Origin: Dehalococcoidia bacterium
GTDB taxonomy: Bacteria > Chloroflexota > Dehalococcoidia > Lucifugimonadales > UBA2985
NCBI GenBank assembly: GCA_034423135.1
Contig: DAOUJC010000008.1
Span: 182,611-246,610, forward strand
Direction of reading: 5' to 3'
Length of the DNA: 64,000 bases
Shown here: positions 27,372 through 36,730 of the stretch, in pieces
How positions within the stretch are numbered: the first letter of the stretch is position 1
Layout: each line of letters opens with the position of its first letter
Notes under the pieces: generated by a model
Database searches by the model: none
Told to the model about the DNA's origin: nothing
What the model saw: only the letters and a program-made list of their open reading frames with translations
Program-made: the position numbers and the translations under genes

Positions 27372-28616
27372 ATGCCACCCGTCCGGCCGCTGCCCGGAAT
27401 GAGAGACGAGACGCCCCAGGAGCTCCATCGCAGGACTACCGCCCGCGACATACTCCAGGCGCACCTGTCGTCGCACGGCTACCGCGCCATTGACACGCCG
27501 CTCCTGGAGCCTACGGAGCTGTTCCTGCGCAAGTCCGGCGGCGAGCTGGCCACACGCATGTACACCTTCAACGACCCCGGCGGCAACCGCGTCAGCCTGA
27601 GGCCGGAGTTCACGCCCTCCGTCATCCGGTACTACCTGGAGCGGGCGGAAGGGGAGCCGCTGCCCATGCGCCTCCAGTACAGCGGCCCCGTCTTCCGCTA
27701 CGACGACGCAGGCTGGTTCAACCAGGTGCACCAGACAGGCGCGGAGGTCATCGGCGCAGCGTCGCCGGACTCCGACGGCGAGCTGCTTGCGCTGGCGATG
27801 GACGGCCTGTCGCAGCTCGGCGCGCCCTCACCCGCGTGCGTGGTGGGACACGTTGGCGTGCTGCACCTGATGCTGGGCGAGCTTGGCGTATCAGCAAGGA
27901 CGCGCGACTTCCTCATCGGCTGCATGCCCAGTCTCAGGGAGAACTCCGCCGGCGCGGCGGAAGCGCTGGAGCAGGCGCACTCTCGCGGCCTGGTGAAGGG
28001 CGACGCGGGCAGCCGTCCGTCGGTCTTGCCCGCGAACGGCACGGGTCGGCAAGAGGCGATCGACGCGCTGCGCCACCTGTTCCACGACTCCCTCAGCGGC
28101 ATACAGGGCAGCCGCTCCACCGACGAGATTCTCTCCCGATTCATGAGCAAGCAGGATCAGGGCGACGACGCCAGGAGCGTGGAACAGGGAATCTCGCTGC
28201 TCTCCCGCGTCGCAACCGCCGCCGGAGACGAGGAACAGGCCGTGTCCCGCCTGGCTGCTGCGCTTCGCGAGCATGGCGTCGGCCGCGAGTCCCTATCGCC
28301 GCTGGAGGAGGCGCTAGCCGCGTTCCACATTCGCAGGCCGGACACGCCGCTTCTGGTGGACGTCGGCCTGGTGCGCGGGATGGCCTACTACACCGGCATG
28401 GTGTTCGAGATTCGCGCCTCAGACCGCGGCGGCCAAATCGCCGTGTGCGGTGGCGGTCGTTACGACGGCCTCGTCAAGGCCCTGGGCGGGAGCGACGACG
28501 TGCCCGCACTCGGCTTCGCATACACGCTTGAGAACCTGCTGGGGCTGCTCCCGGAGGACACGCCCCGGAGCCTGGAGGAGTCGCATTCTGCGCCTGGCAA
28601 TTCCCAGCGACGGTGA
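27372..28616 (+). CDS. hisZ: ATP phosphoribosyltransferase regulatory subunit HisZ (HisRS paralogue)
   Basis: HisRS-like core (PGMRDETPQE, LEPTELFLRKSG, RLQYSGPVFRY, GGGRYDGL) without an anticodon-binding domain. Immediately followed by hisG. Confidence 0.85.
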   Translation: MPPVRPLPGMRDETPQELHRRTTARDILQAHLSSHGYRAIDTPLLEPTELFLRKSGGELATRMYTFNDPGGNRVSLRPEFTPSVIRYYLERAEGEPLPMRLQYSGPVFRYDDAGWFNQVHQTGAEVIGAASPDSDGELLALAMDGLSQLGAPSPACVVGHVGVLHLMLGELGVSARTRDFLIGCMPSLRENSAGAAEALEQAHSRGLVKGDAGSRPSVLPANGTGRQEAIDALRHLFHDSLSGIQGSRSTDEILSRFMSKQDQGDDARSVEQGISLLSRVATAAGDEEQAVSRLAAALREHGVGRESLSPLEEALAAFHIRRPDTPLLVDVGLVRGMAYYTGMVFEIRASDRGGQIAVCGGGRYDGLVKALGGSDDVPALGFAYTLENLLGLLPEDTPRSLEESHSAPGNSQRR

Positions 28617-29586
28617 GCTCTACGAGTCCACCCTGAGCTTCCTGCGAAGCAGCGGCCTGCCGGTGGAGCGCGCCAGCTCGCGCCGCTACACGGGCGCCCT
28701 TGGAGGCGGGTCCGGCGCTACCGTGCTGTTCCAGCGGACGGCGGACATACCGCTGAAGGTGGAGGACGGCAGCGTGGACCTGGGCATCACAGGGCTGGAT
28801 CGCTACATGGAGATGTGTCCAGAGGGAGGAGACGCCATCCTGGTCATGGACGACCTGGGCTACGGAGGCTGCAAGCTCATGGTGGGCGTGCCGGACTCGT
28901 GGCTGGACGTGGACTCCATGAGCGACCTGGCTGACCTCTCCGTGGACATGCGGGAGAACGGCCGCGACCTCAAGATCGCCACCAAGTATCCAAGGCTCGT
29001 CGAACGGCACATGCTCAGGTACGGCGTCAGCTACTACTCCCTGGTCCAGTCGAGCGGCACGTTAGAGGCTGCGCCCGCCATGGGCTTCGCGGACATCATC
29101 GCGGACATCTCCTCCACCGGAACCACCATGCGCGAGAACCGGTTGAAGACGGTGGAGAACGGCACCATACTGGCTTCGCAGGCGTGCATCATCGGCAACG
29201 GGCGTCGGCTTGCCGAGGAGGCTGGTGCGCTGCGCGAGACGCGCATCCTGCTCGAGCAGGCGGAGGCGCACCTGCGGTCAAAGGACTTCTTCAGCATCAC
29301 CGCAAACATCCTCGGCAGTTCGCCGGAGGACGTGGCGGAGCAGGTCACACGACGGCCTGAGGTGTCGGGCCTGAAGGGCCCCACGATCGCGAGGGTGTAC
29401 AGCGAGGACGAGGGGACGTGGTTCGCCGTGACGCTGGTCGTGCCGCGGGAGCGGCTGCTGGAAGCCGTCGATCACCTGCGCGAGATAGGCGCAGGGAGCG
29501 TGACAGTGTCCCAGGCCCACTACGTATTCCAGGACCGCTGCAACTCCTACCAGTCGCTTCTACAGGCGCTTGGACGGGCAGGCTGA
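28588..29586 (+). CDS. hisG: ATP phosphoribosyltransferase HisG, long form with the C-terminal regulatory domain
   Basis: Conserved N-terminus LRLAIPSDGELYESTLSFLRSSGL. Catalytic ADIIADISSTGTTMRENRL. HisG_C-like tail (GLKGPTIARV...WFAVTLVV...LREIGAGSVTV). The start is uncertain: GGAGGAG at 28574-28580 sits before ATT 28585 and CTG 28588, and the only canonical in-frame option nearby is TTG 28528, which has no SD. Confidence 0.8.
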   Translation: MRLAIPSDGELYESTLSFLRSSGLPVERASSRRYTGALGGGSGATVLFQRTADIPLKVEDGSVDLGITGLDRYMEMCPEGGDAILVMDDLGYGGCKLMVGVPDSWLDVDSMSDLADLSVDMRENGRDLKIATKYPRLVERHMLRYGVSYYSLVQSSGTLEAAPAMGFADIIADISSTGTTMRENRLKTVENGTILASQACIIGNGRRLAEEAGALRETRILLEQAEAHLRSKDFFSITANILGSSPEDVAEQVTRRPEVSGLKGPTIARVYSEDEGTWFAVTLVVPRERLLEAVDHLREIGAGSVTVSQAHYVFQDRCNSYQSLLQALGRAG

Positions 29587-29601
29587 GGGTAAGGAACAGC
29601 A

Positions 29602-30363
29602 ATGCCCAACCTTAGCGCCCACCTGGGCATAGCCAAGGAAGCAGCTTCGCGGCTTGAGTATCCCGTCATCGACAGCAACCTGGGGGCCTTCCTGCTCGGC
29701 TCGGTGAGTCCAGATATACGGATCATCACCAAGGGCAAGCGTGACGATACCCACTTCGCGCACCTGGACTTCCAGAACAAGGGGGACGGCCTGGAAGGCA
29801 TGTTCCGGCTGCATCCCCACCTGGCGAGGCCGGACGCCCTCTCCGGGGCCACTGCGGCCTTCGTGGTCGGCTACGCGTCCCACCTGCTGTCAGACGAGCT
29901 ATGGATTCTCGGTCTGTACCGGCCGTACTTCGGCAATCGCTCAGTCTACGAAGACCCCCACGAGGGCGACCTGATGGACAGGGCGTTGCAGCTAGAGATG
30001 GACCGGCGGGAGCAGCTGGCTCTCGGCGGCCTGGAGACGCTCCGCCCGCACATCGCGCACGCTGAGAAGGACGTGGACGTCGGCTTCATCTCGACGGACA
30101 CCATGTGCGAGTGGCGCGAGTGGATCGAGGGCACACTGAGCTGGAGCTTCACCTGGGAGCGCCTGCGATTCATGGCCCGCCGCGTGGTCGCACGCAGGAC
30201 TGAAGAGACCGACCGGACCCAGGAGATGGTGGAGGAGTTCCTTGAGTCCGTCCCGCGCGGGCTGGACCGCATCTACGAGACCATCGACCGGCAGCTATTC
30301 GAGGACTTTCGTGAGCGCACAATAGGCGACCTCATGGAGTTCTCGCGGGGGTACCTCGCATGA
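29602..30363 (+). CDS. Uncharacterised metal-dependent-hydrolase-like protein (zinc-dependent phospholipase C / P1-nuclease-like His/Asp pattern) embedded in the his operon
   Basis: 253 aa with a scattered His/Asp pattern (SAHLG, SPD, DTHFAH, GYASHLLSDE). AAGGA SD 16 nt after the hisG stop. Its stop overlaps the hisD start (ATGA at 30360-30363). Confidence 0.6.
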   Translation: MPNLSAHLGIAKEAASRLEYPVIDSNLGAFLLGSVSPDIRIITKGKRDDTHFAHLDFQNKGDGLEGMFRLHPHLARPDALSGATAAFVVGYASHLLSDELWILGLYRPYFGNRSVYEDPHEGDLMDRALQLEMDRREQLALGGLETLRPHIAHAEKDVDVGFISTDTMCEWREWIEGTLSWSFTWERLRFMARRVVARRTEETDRTQEMVEEFLESVPRGLDRIYETIDRQLFEDFRERTIGDLMEFSRGYLA

Positions 30364-31715
30364 GGGTCGTCAGGGGAATGGAGGAGGGCAGAAGGGCGCT
30401 GGACCGCGACGCCTTCCTGCGGGAGCAGGAGTCCTCACCTGAGATGGCCGCTGGCATCGAGCGGGTCTTCGGGCAGCCCCTGACTCCTGAGGAGGCCGTC
30501 GCTCGCATCGTCCGCGACGTGGCGGAGCGCGGCGACGAGGCCGTTCGCGAGTACACACGTCGCATAGACGGAGCCGAGCCGGAATCCCTGGAGCTGTCTC
30601 GCGATGAGGTGAGGGCCCTGGCGTCGGAGGTGCCGCGAGAGATAGTGGACGCGCTGAACACGTCCGTATCCCGCGTCCGCCAGTACCACGCCGCCACAAT
30701 GCCGAAGCCCTGGATGGACATGGACAACGGCTTCGGCGAGATCATTTCGCCCGTGGAGCGCGTGGGCATATACGTCCCCGGAGGCCGCGGCGCGTACCCA
30801 TCGACCGTGCTGATGACCGCCATACCCGCCCGCGTGGCCGGCGTGGGGGAGATTGTGCTGGCGACTCCGCCACGCGGCGAGCAGGGGCCGCCGCCTGCCG
30901 TTATGGCCGCTGCGCAGGTGGCAGGTGTGAGGCGGGTGTTCCAGATCGGCGGGGCGCAGGCAATCGCGGCGATGGCCTACGGCACCGAGACAGTCCCTAA
31001 GGTGGACATGATCTGCGGCCCGGGCAACGTCTTCGTCACGCTTGCCAAGAAGTCGGTCTACGGCCAGGTCGGCATCGACGGGCTGGAAGGCCCCACGGAG
31101 ACGCTCATCATCGCGGACGAGACCGCTGACCCGGCCCTCTGCGCAGCCGACCTGCTGGGCCAGGCGGAGCACGACCTGCTCGCGACTCCGGTGCTCATCA
31201 CCACGTGCGAGGAGCTGGTCGCACCGATTCAGGAGCAGGTGCAGCGCCAGCTGGCCGCCCTGCCTCGCGGCGACACCGCAGCAGCCTCCATCGACCGGCG
31301 CGGCGCGTTCGTAGTTGTGGACACGCTCGATGAGGCCATTGAGCTTGCCAACGAGTACGCCCCCGAGCACCTGTGCCTCATGATCGCGGAGCCCTGGAGC
31401 GCCGTGGGCAAGGTACGCCACACCGGCGGAATCTTCCTCGGTGATCACTCGCCGGAGGTCATGGGCGACTACGTCGCCGGGCCCAGCCACGTGATGCCCA
31501 CGGGAGGCACGGCCCGCTTCAACTCATGCCTCGGCGTGTCGCAGTTCATCAAGCGAACGCCGGTGGTATCGCTCGATTCCGCGATGGCACGCAGGCTCAC
31601 GGACACGGCCGCAACACTGGCCCGCGCCGAGCAGTTCGACGCCCACGCGAGGGCGGTGGAGGTAAGGCTGGAGCGCGGCGGGCGTGACGGTCCCGGCGGC
31701 AGGGGAGCGGTCTGA
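30360..31715 (+). CDS. hisD: Histidinol dehydrogenase
   Basis: GGAQAIAAMAYGTETVPKVDMICGPGNVFVTLAKK, QAEHD, and PEHL regions typical of HisD. Confidence 0.9.
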   Translation: MRVVRGMEEGRRALDRDAFLREQESSPEMAAGIERVFGQPLTPEEAVARIVRDVAERGDEAVREYTRRIDGAEPESLELSRDEVRALASEVPREIVDALNTSVSRVRQYHAATMPKPWMDMDNGFGEIISPVERVGIYVPGGRGAYPSTVLMTAIPARVAGVGEIVLATPPRGEQGPPPAVMAAAQVAGVRRVFQIGGAQAIAAMAYGTETVPKVDMICGPGNVFVTLAKKSVYGQVGIDGLEGPTETLIIADETADPALCAADLLGQAEHDLLATPVLITTCEELVAPIQEQVQRQLAALPRGDTAAASIDRRGAFVVVDTLDEAIELANEYAPEHLCLMIAEPWSAVGKVRHTGGIFLGDHSPEVMGDYVAGPSHVMPTGGTARFNSCLGVSQFIKRTPVVSLDSAMARRLTDTAATLARAEQFDAHARAVEVRLERGGRDGPGGRGAV

Positions 31716-31735
31716 ACCGCAATTAGGAGTACGAA

Positions 31736-32827
31736 TTGGACATTTCCAGGCTCTTTCGGTCACACTTCCGGGAGCTACGGCCCTACCAGGCCGTGGACTC
31801 ACCCGCCGCACTCGCTCGGTCCGCCGGAATACCGCCGGAGAGCGTCATCAAGCTGAACGCCAACGAGAACCCATACGGCCCATCGCCGCGGGCGCTGGAG
31901 GCTCTCGCGAGCTACCGGGGCTACCACATCTACCCGGACGCAGGCCAGAGCGCCTGCAGAATGGCGCTTGAGGAGTACACGGGCATGTCCGCGGAGTACA
32001 TCATGGCCGGCGCGGGAGCGGACGAGCTCATTGACCTAGTGTTGAGGGCCACGCTTGAGCCAGCGGACAGGGTCATCAGCTGTCCGCCCACCTTCGGGAT
32101 GTACTCCTTCAGCACTCAGGTGAATGGAGGCACGCTGGTCAACATTCCCAGAGACGAGAACTTCCAGGTGGACATCGCCGAGGTCAAGAGCGTGATTGGC
32201 ACCATGACCAAGGCCATCTTCCTGACGTCTCCCAACAACCCCACAGGCAACTCCATCTCCGAGGAAATGTTGTTGAACCTGCTGGACTCTTCCATTCTCG
32301 TGGTGATAGACGAAACCTACTACGAGTTCAGCGGTCAGACGTTTGCGCACCTGGTGCCGGAGCATCCGAACCTTGTGGTGCTGCGCACGCTCAGCAAGTG
32401 GGCCGGTCTGGCAGGACTGAGGATCGGCTACGGGATCATGGCTCCAAGGCTGCTGGAGCTGCTGATGGACATCAAACAGCCGTACAATATCAATGCCGCC
32501 GCGGAGGTCGCGATGCTTGCCTCGCTGGCGGACCTCGACCACCTGCTGGGCAACGTCGCCGCAATTGTGGAGGAGCGTGAGCGTCTCTTTGCCCGCCTGA
32601 AGGACATTCCGGGCATGCACCCCCTTCCGTCCTCCGCGAACTTCCTGCTGTGCGAGGTAGACGACGGGAAGGCGGTGCCGGTGTTTCAGGCGCTGGCGCG
32701 GAAGGGCATCTTTGTGCGATACTTCAACGCGCCGCGGCTCAGGGACTCGCTGCGGATATCCATCGGCCGTCCCGAGCACACCGACGCGCTGATTGCCGCG
32801 CTGGAGGAGACCTTGGGAGAGCCGTAG
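31736..32827 (+). CDS. hisC: Histidinol-phosphate aminotransferase
   Basis: LNANENPYGPSP and TLSKWAGLAGLRIGY (PLP lysine). TTG start. Confidence 0.9.
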   Translation: MDISRLFRSHFRELRPYQAVDSPAALARSAGIPPESVIKLNANENPYGPSPRALEALASYRGYHIYPDAGQSACRMALEEYTGMSAEYIMAGAGADELIDLVLRATLEPADRVISCPPTFGMYSFSTQVNGGTLVNIPRDENFQVDIAEVKSVIGTMTKAIFLTSPNNPTGNSISEEMLLNLLDSSILVVIDETYYEFSGQTFAHLVPEHPNLVVLRTLSKWAGLAGLRIGYGIMAPRLLELLMDIKQPYNINAAAEVAMLASLADLDHLLGNVAAIVEERERLFARLKDIPGMHPLPSSANFLLCEVDDGKAVPVFQALARKGIFVRYFNAPRLRDSLRISIGRPEHTDALIAALEETLGEP

Positions 32828-32878
32828 GCTTCCAGCGGGAGGCAAGCGCCGTAGGCAATCGACATTCTGGAGACGCAC

Positions 32879-33478
32879 GTGAGCGATCGCAGGGCAACAG
32901 TCAGGAGGGACACCCGGGAGAGCCAGGTTGAGGTTACGCTCGACCTCGACGGCACCGGTCAGGCCTCCGTTGACACCCCCAACGGCATGCTGAACCACAT
33001 GCTGGAGCAGCTGGCACGCCACGGTCTCATGGACGTGAGCGTCACGGCTACGGGAGACCTCTCGCCCGGGTGGCATCACCTGGTGGAGGACGTGGGCATT
33101 GTTCTGGGCCAGACGCTTCACCAGGCATTGGGAGAGGGGAAGGGCATCACTCGCATGGGACACCAGATGGTGCCCCTGGACGAGACGCTGGTGATGGTGG
33201 CGCTCGACCTGGGAGGCAGGCCGTATGCGGTGGTGAAGGCAGCCTTCGACGGCCCGACCATAGGCGACTTGCCGTCCGACCTGGTGCGCCACTTCCTGGA
33301 GGTCTTCGCGCTGGAGGGCAGGATGAACCTGCACGCCCAGGTGCTTGCCGGCGCAAACGATCACCATCGCGCGGAGGCGCTGTTCAAGGCGCTGGCCAGG
33401 GCGTTACGAACGGCAGTTGCCGTTGACCCGCGGGCCGCCGGCGAGGTGCCCAGCACCAAGGGCACAATCAGCGAGTAG
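32879..33478 (+). CDS. hisB: Imidazoleglycerol-phosphate dehydratase, monofunctional (no phosphatase domain)
   Basis: 199 aa with IGPD motifs (HHLVEDVGIVLG, GANDHHRAEALFKA). No N-terminal HAD domain. Confidence 0.9.
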   Translation: MSDRRATVRRDTRESQVEVTLDLDGTGQASVDTPNGMLNHMLEQLARHGLMDVSVTATGDLSPGWHHLVEDVGIVLGQTLHQALGEGKGITRMGHQMVPLDETLVMVALDLGGRPYAVVKAAFDGPTIGDLPSDLVRHFLEVFALEGRMNLHAQVLAGANDHHRAEALFKALARALRTAVAVDPRAAGEVPSTKGTISE

Positions 33479-33486
33479 GACGCAGG

Positions 33487-33747
33487 CTAGGCGGGCGCCT
33501 CCTCCACGTCGTAGCGGTAGCTCTCGATAACCGGGTTGGCGAGCAGCCGCTGGCACATCTCATCCACCATTGCCTCAGCCTCCGAGCGCGCCCCTGCGTC
33601 CAGCCTGATCTCAAGGTACTTGCCGGCGCGCACGTCCTCAGCGCCGTTGAAGCCAAGGCTCCTCAGCCCGCCAAGGATGGTTCGGCCCTGCGGATCGTTC
33701 ACCGTAGGCTTTAGTGTAACGTACACCCTGGCGAGAAACATCGGCAC
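33487..33747 (-). CDS. purS: Phosphoribosylformylglycinamidine synthase subunit PurS
   Basis: 86 aa: VYVTLKPTVNDPQGRTILGGLRSLGF...EMCQRLLANPVIESY. Confidence 0.9.
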   Translation of the reverse strand: MPMFLARVYVTLKPTVNDPQGRTILGGLRSLGFNGAEDVRAGKYLEIRLDAGARSEAEAMVDEMCQRLLANPVIESYRYDVEEAPA

Positions 33748-33749
33748 TC

Positions 33750-34376
33750 CTAGCGGAAGGTGGATGGCCCGCGGCCAATGTACGCTTGAATGAAGTCGTC
33801 GATGCGCGGGTCGTCGAAGAGCTCGAAGGTGTCAATCCAGCCCCACGCCGTGAGAGCAATCGTGGCGTCCATAGCCGAGTACGGCGCGAGCACCACGCCC
33901 TCCGGGTAGCGATTCACAACCGATTCCAGATCGTCTATGAGAGCAGTGCACTCCTCAGGGCAGTTGTACTGCACCATGACGGCTCCCCGCTCAAGGTATG
34001 ACACCTGTTCCTCGTCGGGCACCTCTTCGTCGCGGCTGCCCCAGGTGATGTCCTCCAGCGGGATGTCGTAGCGCCAGCCGGAGGTGGGTGGAGACGTGCT
34101 GTAGGCAGGATGAGGCTGGTCAGGCTCAACCACCTCGTTGCCCTGCAGGCTCACCTGGACGCCCTGCTCGGCAGAGGAGTCCGTGGGCAGACCCACCTGA
34201 CCCAGATTACCGGGAATGATCAGGGAGAGCACGATCATCACGCCGCCGATGCCGACAATGGCCCCGAATGCGTACCTTCTGAATTTCCTGCGAGACCGCT
34301 GCCGCACACGGCGCGACTCCCGTCGTTCGTGTCGCTCCAGCGCCCTGCGCCTGCGATCCCGCGCCCTTGCCGCCAT
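33750..34376 (-). CDS. DUF3105-like membrane-anchored protein
   Basis: Arg-rich N-terminus, one TM helix, and a C-terminal pattern (YSTSPPTSGW, LERGAVMVQYNCPEEC, IALTAWGW). The ATG at 34376 overlaps the purC stop by 1 nt (TGATG). Confidence 0.65.
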   Translation of the reverse strand: MAARARDRRRRALERHERRESRRVRQRSRRKFRRYAFGAIVGIGGVMIVLSLIIPGNLGQVGLPTDSSAEQGVQVSLQGNEVVEPDQPHPAYSTSPPTSGWRYDIPLEDITWGSRDEEVPDEEQVSYLERGAVMVQYNCPEECTALIDDLESVVNRYPEGVVLAPYSAMDATIALTAWGWIDTFELFDDPRIDDFIQAYIGRGPSTFR

Positions 34377-35311
34377 CAGACCGCCTGCCCTTCCGCGCCG
34401 GCCCACGCCTGTCCGGTGATGCGCTCGAACGCCTCGATGTATCTCTCGCGGGTCATGTCCACTACGTCCGGCGGCAGCTCCGGGGCAGGGGGCTCCCGGT
34501 CCCAGCCGCTGTTCAGGAGCCAGTCCCGCACGTACTGCTTGTCGAAGTTGGGCTGGGACTTGCCCGGCTCGTAGCCCGCGGCGTCCCAGAAACGGCTGGA
34601 GTCGGGGGTGAGAAGCTCGTCGATGAGTATAAGCTCGCCGTCCAGTAGCCCGAACTCCATCTTGGTATCGGCGATGATGATGCCGTGCTCCCTGGCCTCG
34701 TCCCTGGCGAACTCGTACACCCGGCGGCTCGCATCCTCCAGCTTCTCCGCCAGCTCCGCGCCCACCATGTCGCGCACCTCATCCATGCTCATGGGCATGT
34801 CGTGGCCGGTCTCGGCCTTGGTGGTGGGCGTGAAGAGCGGCTGCGGGAACATGTCGCCCTCCTTCATGCCCTCAGGCATTGCAGCGCCTCCCACCGTGCC
34901 GCTAGAACGGTACTCCGCCCACGCCGATCCCGTGATGTAGCCACGCACCACGCACTCGATGTCGATCCGCTCAGCCCTGCGTACCACCATGGCCCTGACG
35001 GCGATCTCAGGCGGGAGGTCGTCGGGCAGCGATGCGCCCGTTGAGCCGGCTTCCAGCCTGTCCGCCTGATTCGCCATGGCGATGAGGTGATTGGGCACGA
35101 TGTGAGCCGTCTTCTCGAACCAGTAGCTCGACAGGCGAGAGAGCACAAGCCCCTTCTGCGGTATGGCCGTCGGAAGCACCACGTCGAACGCCGAAATGCG
35201 GTCCGAGGCCACCATCAGAAGGCAACCGCTTCCCAGATCGTAGGTGTCCCGCACCTTGCCGCGATGCAGCAGGTTGGGCATGTCCGTGTAGGCAATTGCG
35301 CTCTCAGTCAT
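34376..35311 (-). CDS. purC: SAICAR synthetase
   Basis: LLHRGKVRDTYD, ASDRISAFD, and DTKMEFG motifs. Confidence 0.9.
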   Translation of the reverse strand: MTESAIAYTDMPNLLHRGKVRDTYDLGSGCLLMVASDRISAFDVVLPTAIPQKGLVLSRLSSYWFEKTAHIVPNHLIAMANQADRLEAGSTGASLPDDLPPEIAVRAMVVRRAERIDIECVVRGYITGSAWAEYRSSGTVGGAAMPEGMKEGDMFPQPLFTPTTKAETGHDMPMSMDEVRDMVGAELAEKLEDASRRVYEFARDEAREHGIIIADTKMEFGLLDGELILIDELLTPDSSRFWDAAGYEPGKSQPNFDKQYVRDWLLNSGWDREPPAPELPPDVVDMTRERYIEAFERITGQAWAGAEGQAV

Positions 35312-35328
35312 GTCGCTACTCTCCTCCG

Positions 35329-36624
35329 TTATCCGTCAAGGCCCAGCCTCATGAACGAGTCCTCGACGTATCTCATATAGTAGTTGTAGTCGAATATTGC
35401 CTCCAGCTCATCGCCGGGCAGCCTGTCTGTCACCTCAGGCTCCTGCCTGAGCAGATCGCGGAAGTCTGCCGACTCGTCCCACGACCTCATCGCGCAGGCC
35501 TGCACGATCTCATAAGACCGCTCGCGGCTCAGCCCGCTCTCCAGCAGCGCTATCAGCACACGCTGCGAGAACACGAGCCCCCTGGTCAGCTCTATATTGT
35601 GCCACATCCTGTCCGAGTACACCCGCAGGCCGGACATAACACGGGTGAAGATGTCCAGGATATAGTCCAGGGCCATGCAGGAGTCGGGGAGTATCAGGCG
35701 CTCCGCAGAGGAGTGGCTGATGTCCCTCTCGTGCCACAGCGCCACGTTCTCCAGCGCAGTCACGGAGTGGCCGCGGATGAGCCGCGCCAGCCCACAGACC
35801 CGCTCCGACAGCTCCGGGTTCTTCTTGTGCGGCATGGCGGACGAGCCGGTCTGCCCCTGTCCAAACGGCTCCTCGACCTCCCGGACCTCCGTGCGCTGCA
35901 GACCACGAATCTCCGTCGCGAACTTCTCTAGCGAAGCCGCGACCAGCGCCAGCGTGGTGACGAAGTGGGCGTGGCGGTCTCGCTGCACCACCTGGTTGGA
36001 AACAGGGCAGGGCGCTATGCCGAACTGGGCGCACACGCGCTCCTCAATCTGCGGAGGAACGGTGGCGTACGTGCCCACAACGCCGGATATCTTGCCCACG
36101 GCAATCGTTCGGCGGGCCTCCTCCAGGCGCTCCCGCTGGCGTCGCATCTCGTCCCACCAGAGCGCCATCTTCAGTCCGAAGGTGGTCGGCTCGGCGTGGA
36201 CTCCGTGGGTGCGTCCCATCATGGGGGTATGCTTGTGCTCAACGGCCAGCCTGCCGATCGCGGACATCAGTGCGTCCACGCCCTCCAGCAGTATGTCGCT
36301 GGCCTCCACCATCTGGAGGCTCTGCGCCGTGTCCTGGACGTCGTGTGAGGTGAGGCCCATGTGGAGCCAGCGACCCTCGTCGCCGAGGCCGGCCGTCACC
36401 GACTGGAGGAATGCCGTCATGTCGTGGCGCGTGCGCTCGAAGACCTCTTGCATGCGCACGGGGTCGTAGCGAGCCATGCGGAGCTTGGCCATGTCGTCCG
36501 CAGGGATGGTGCCTTCCTCAGCCCACGCCTCGCAGACGGCCAGCTCCACCTGGAGCCACTTGTCGTTCTTGTTCTCCTCTGACCACACCCACTTCATTGC
36601 GGGCCGGGCATATCTATCGATCAA
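35329..36624 (-). CDS. purB: Adenylosuccinate lyase
   Basis: MIDRYARPAM N-terminus (TTG start) and fumarate-lyase signature GSSAMPHKKNP. Confidence 0.9.
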   Translation of the reverse strand: MIDRYARPAMKWVWSEENKNDKWLQVELAVCEAWAEEGTIPADDMAKLRMARYDPVRMQEVFERTRHDMTAFLQSVTAGLGDEGRWLHMGLTSHDVQDTAQSLQMVEASDILLEGVDALMSAIGRLAVEHKHTPMMGRTHGVHAEPTTFGLKMALWWDEMRRQRERLEEARRTIAVGKISGVVGTYATVPPQIEERVCAQFGIAPCPVSNQVVQRDRHAHFVTTLALVAASLEKFATEIRGLQRTEVREVEEPFGQGQTGSSAMPHKKNPELSERVCGLARLIRGHSVTALENVALWHERDISHSSAERLILPDSCMALDYILDIFTRVMSGLRVYSDRMWHNIELTRGLVFSQRVLIALLESGLSRERSYEIVQACAMRSWDESADFRDLLRQEPEVTDRLPGDELEAIFDYNYYMRYVEDSFMRLGLDG

Positions 36625-36663
36625 TCTGCACCTCTTGGGTCCGGCTCAATCGGCCGCCTGAAA

Positions 36664-36692
36664 ATGATACCCCGTTCGCATATTCGCTACAA
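36664..36692 (-). promoter_or_regulatory. Candidate promoter for purB-purC-...-purS
   Basis: Minus-sense TTGTAG (36692-36687), 17 nt, TATCAT (36669-36664). Confidence 0.4.
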
Positions 36693-36730
36693 GTGAATTC
36701 TCCAAGCGATTGCACCGAAAAAGGCTGAGG

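Noticed and set aside
28450-28587. Upstream extension of hisG to ATG 28450.
   Set aside because: It would overlap hisZ by 167 nt and add an unconserved Cys/Arg-rich peptide. The conserved HisG N-terminus and a perfect SD lie at 28574-28590.
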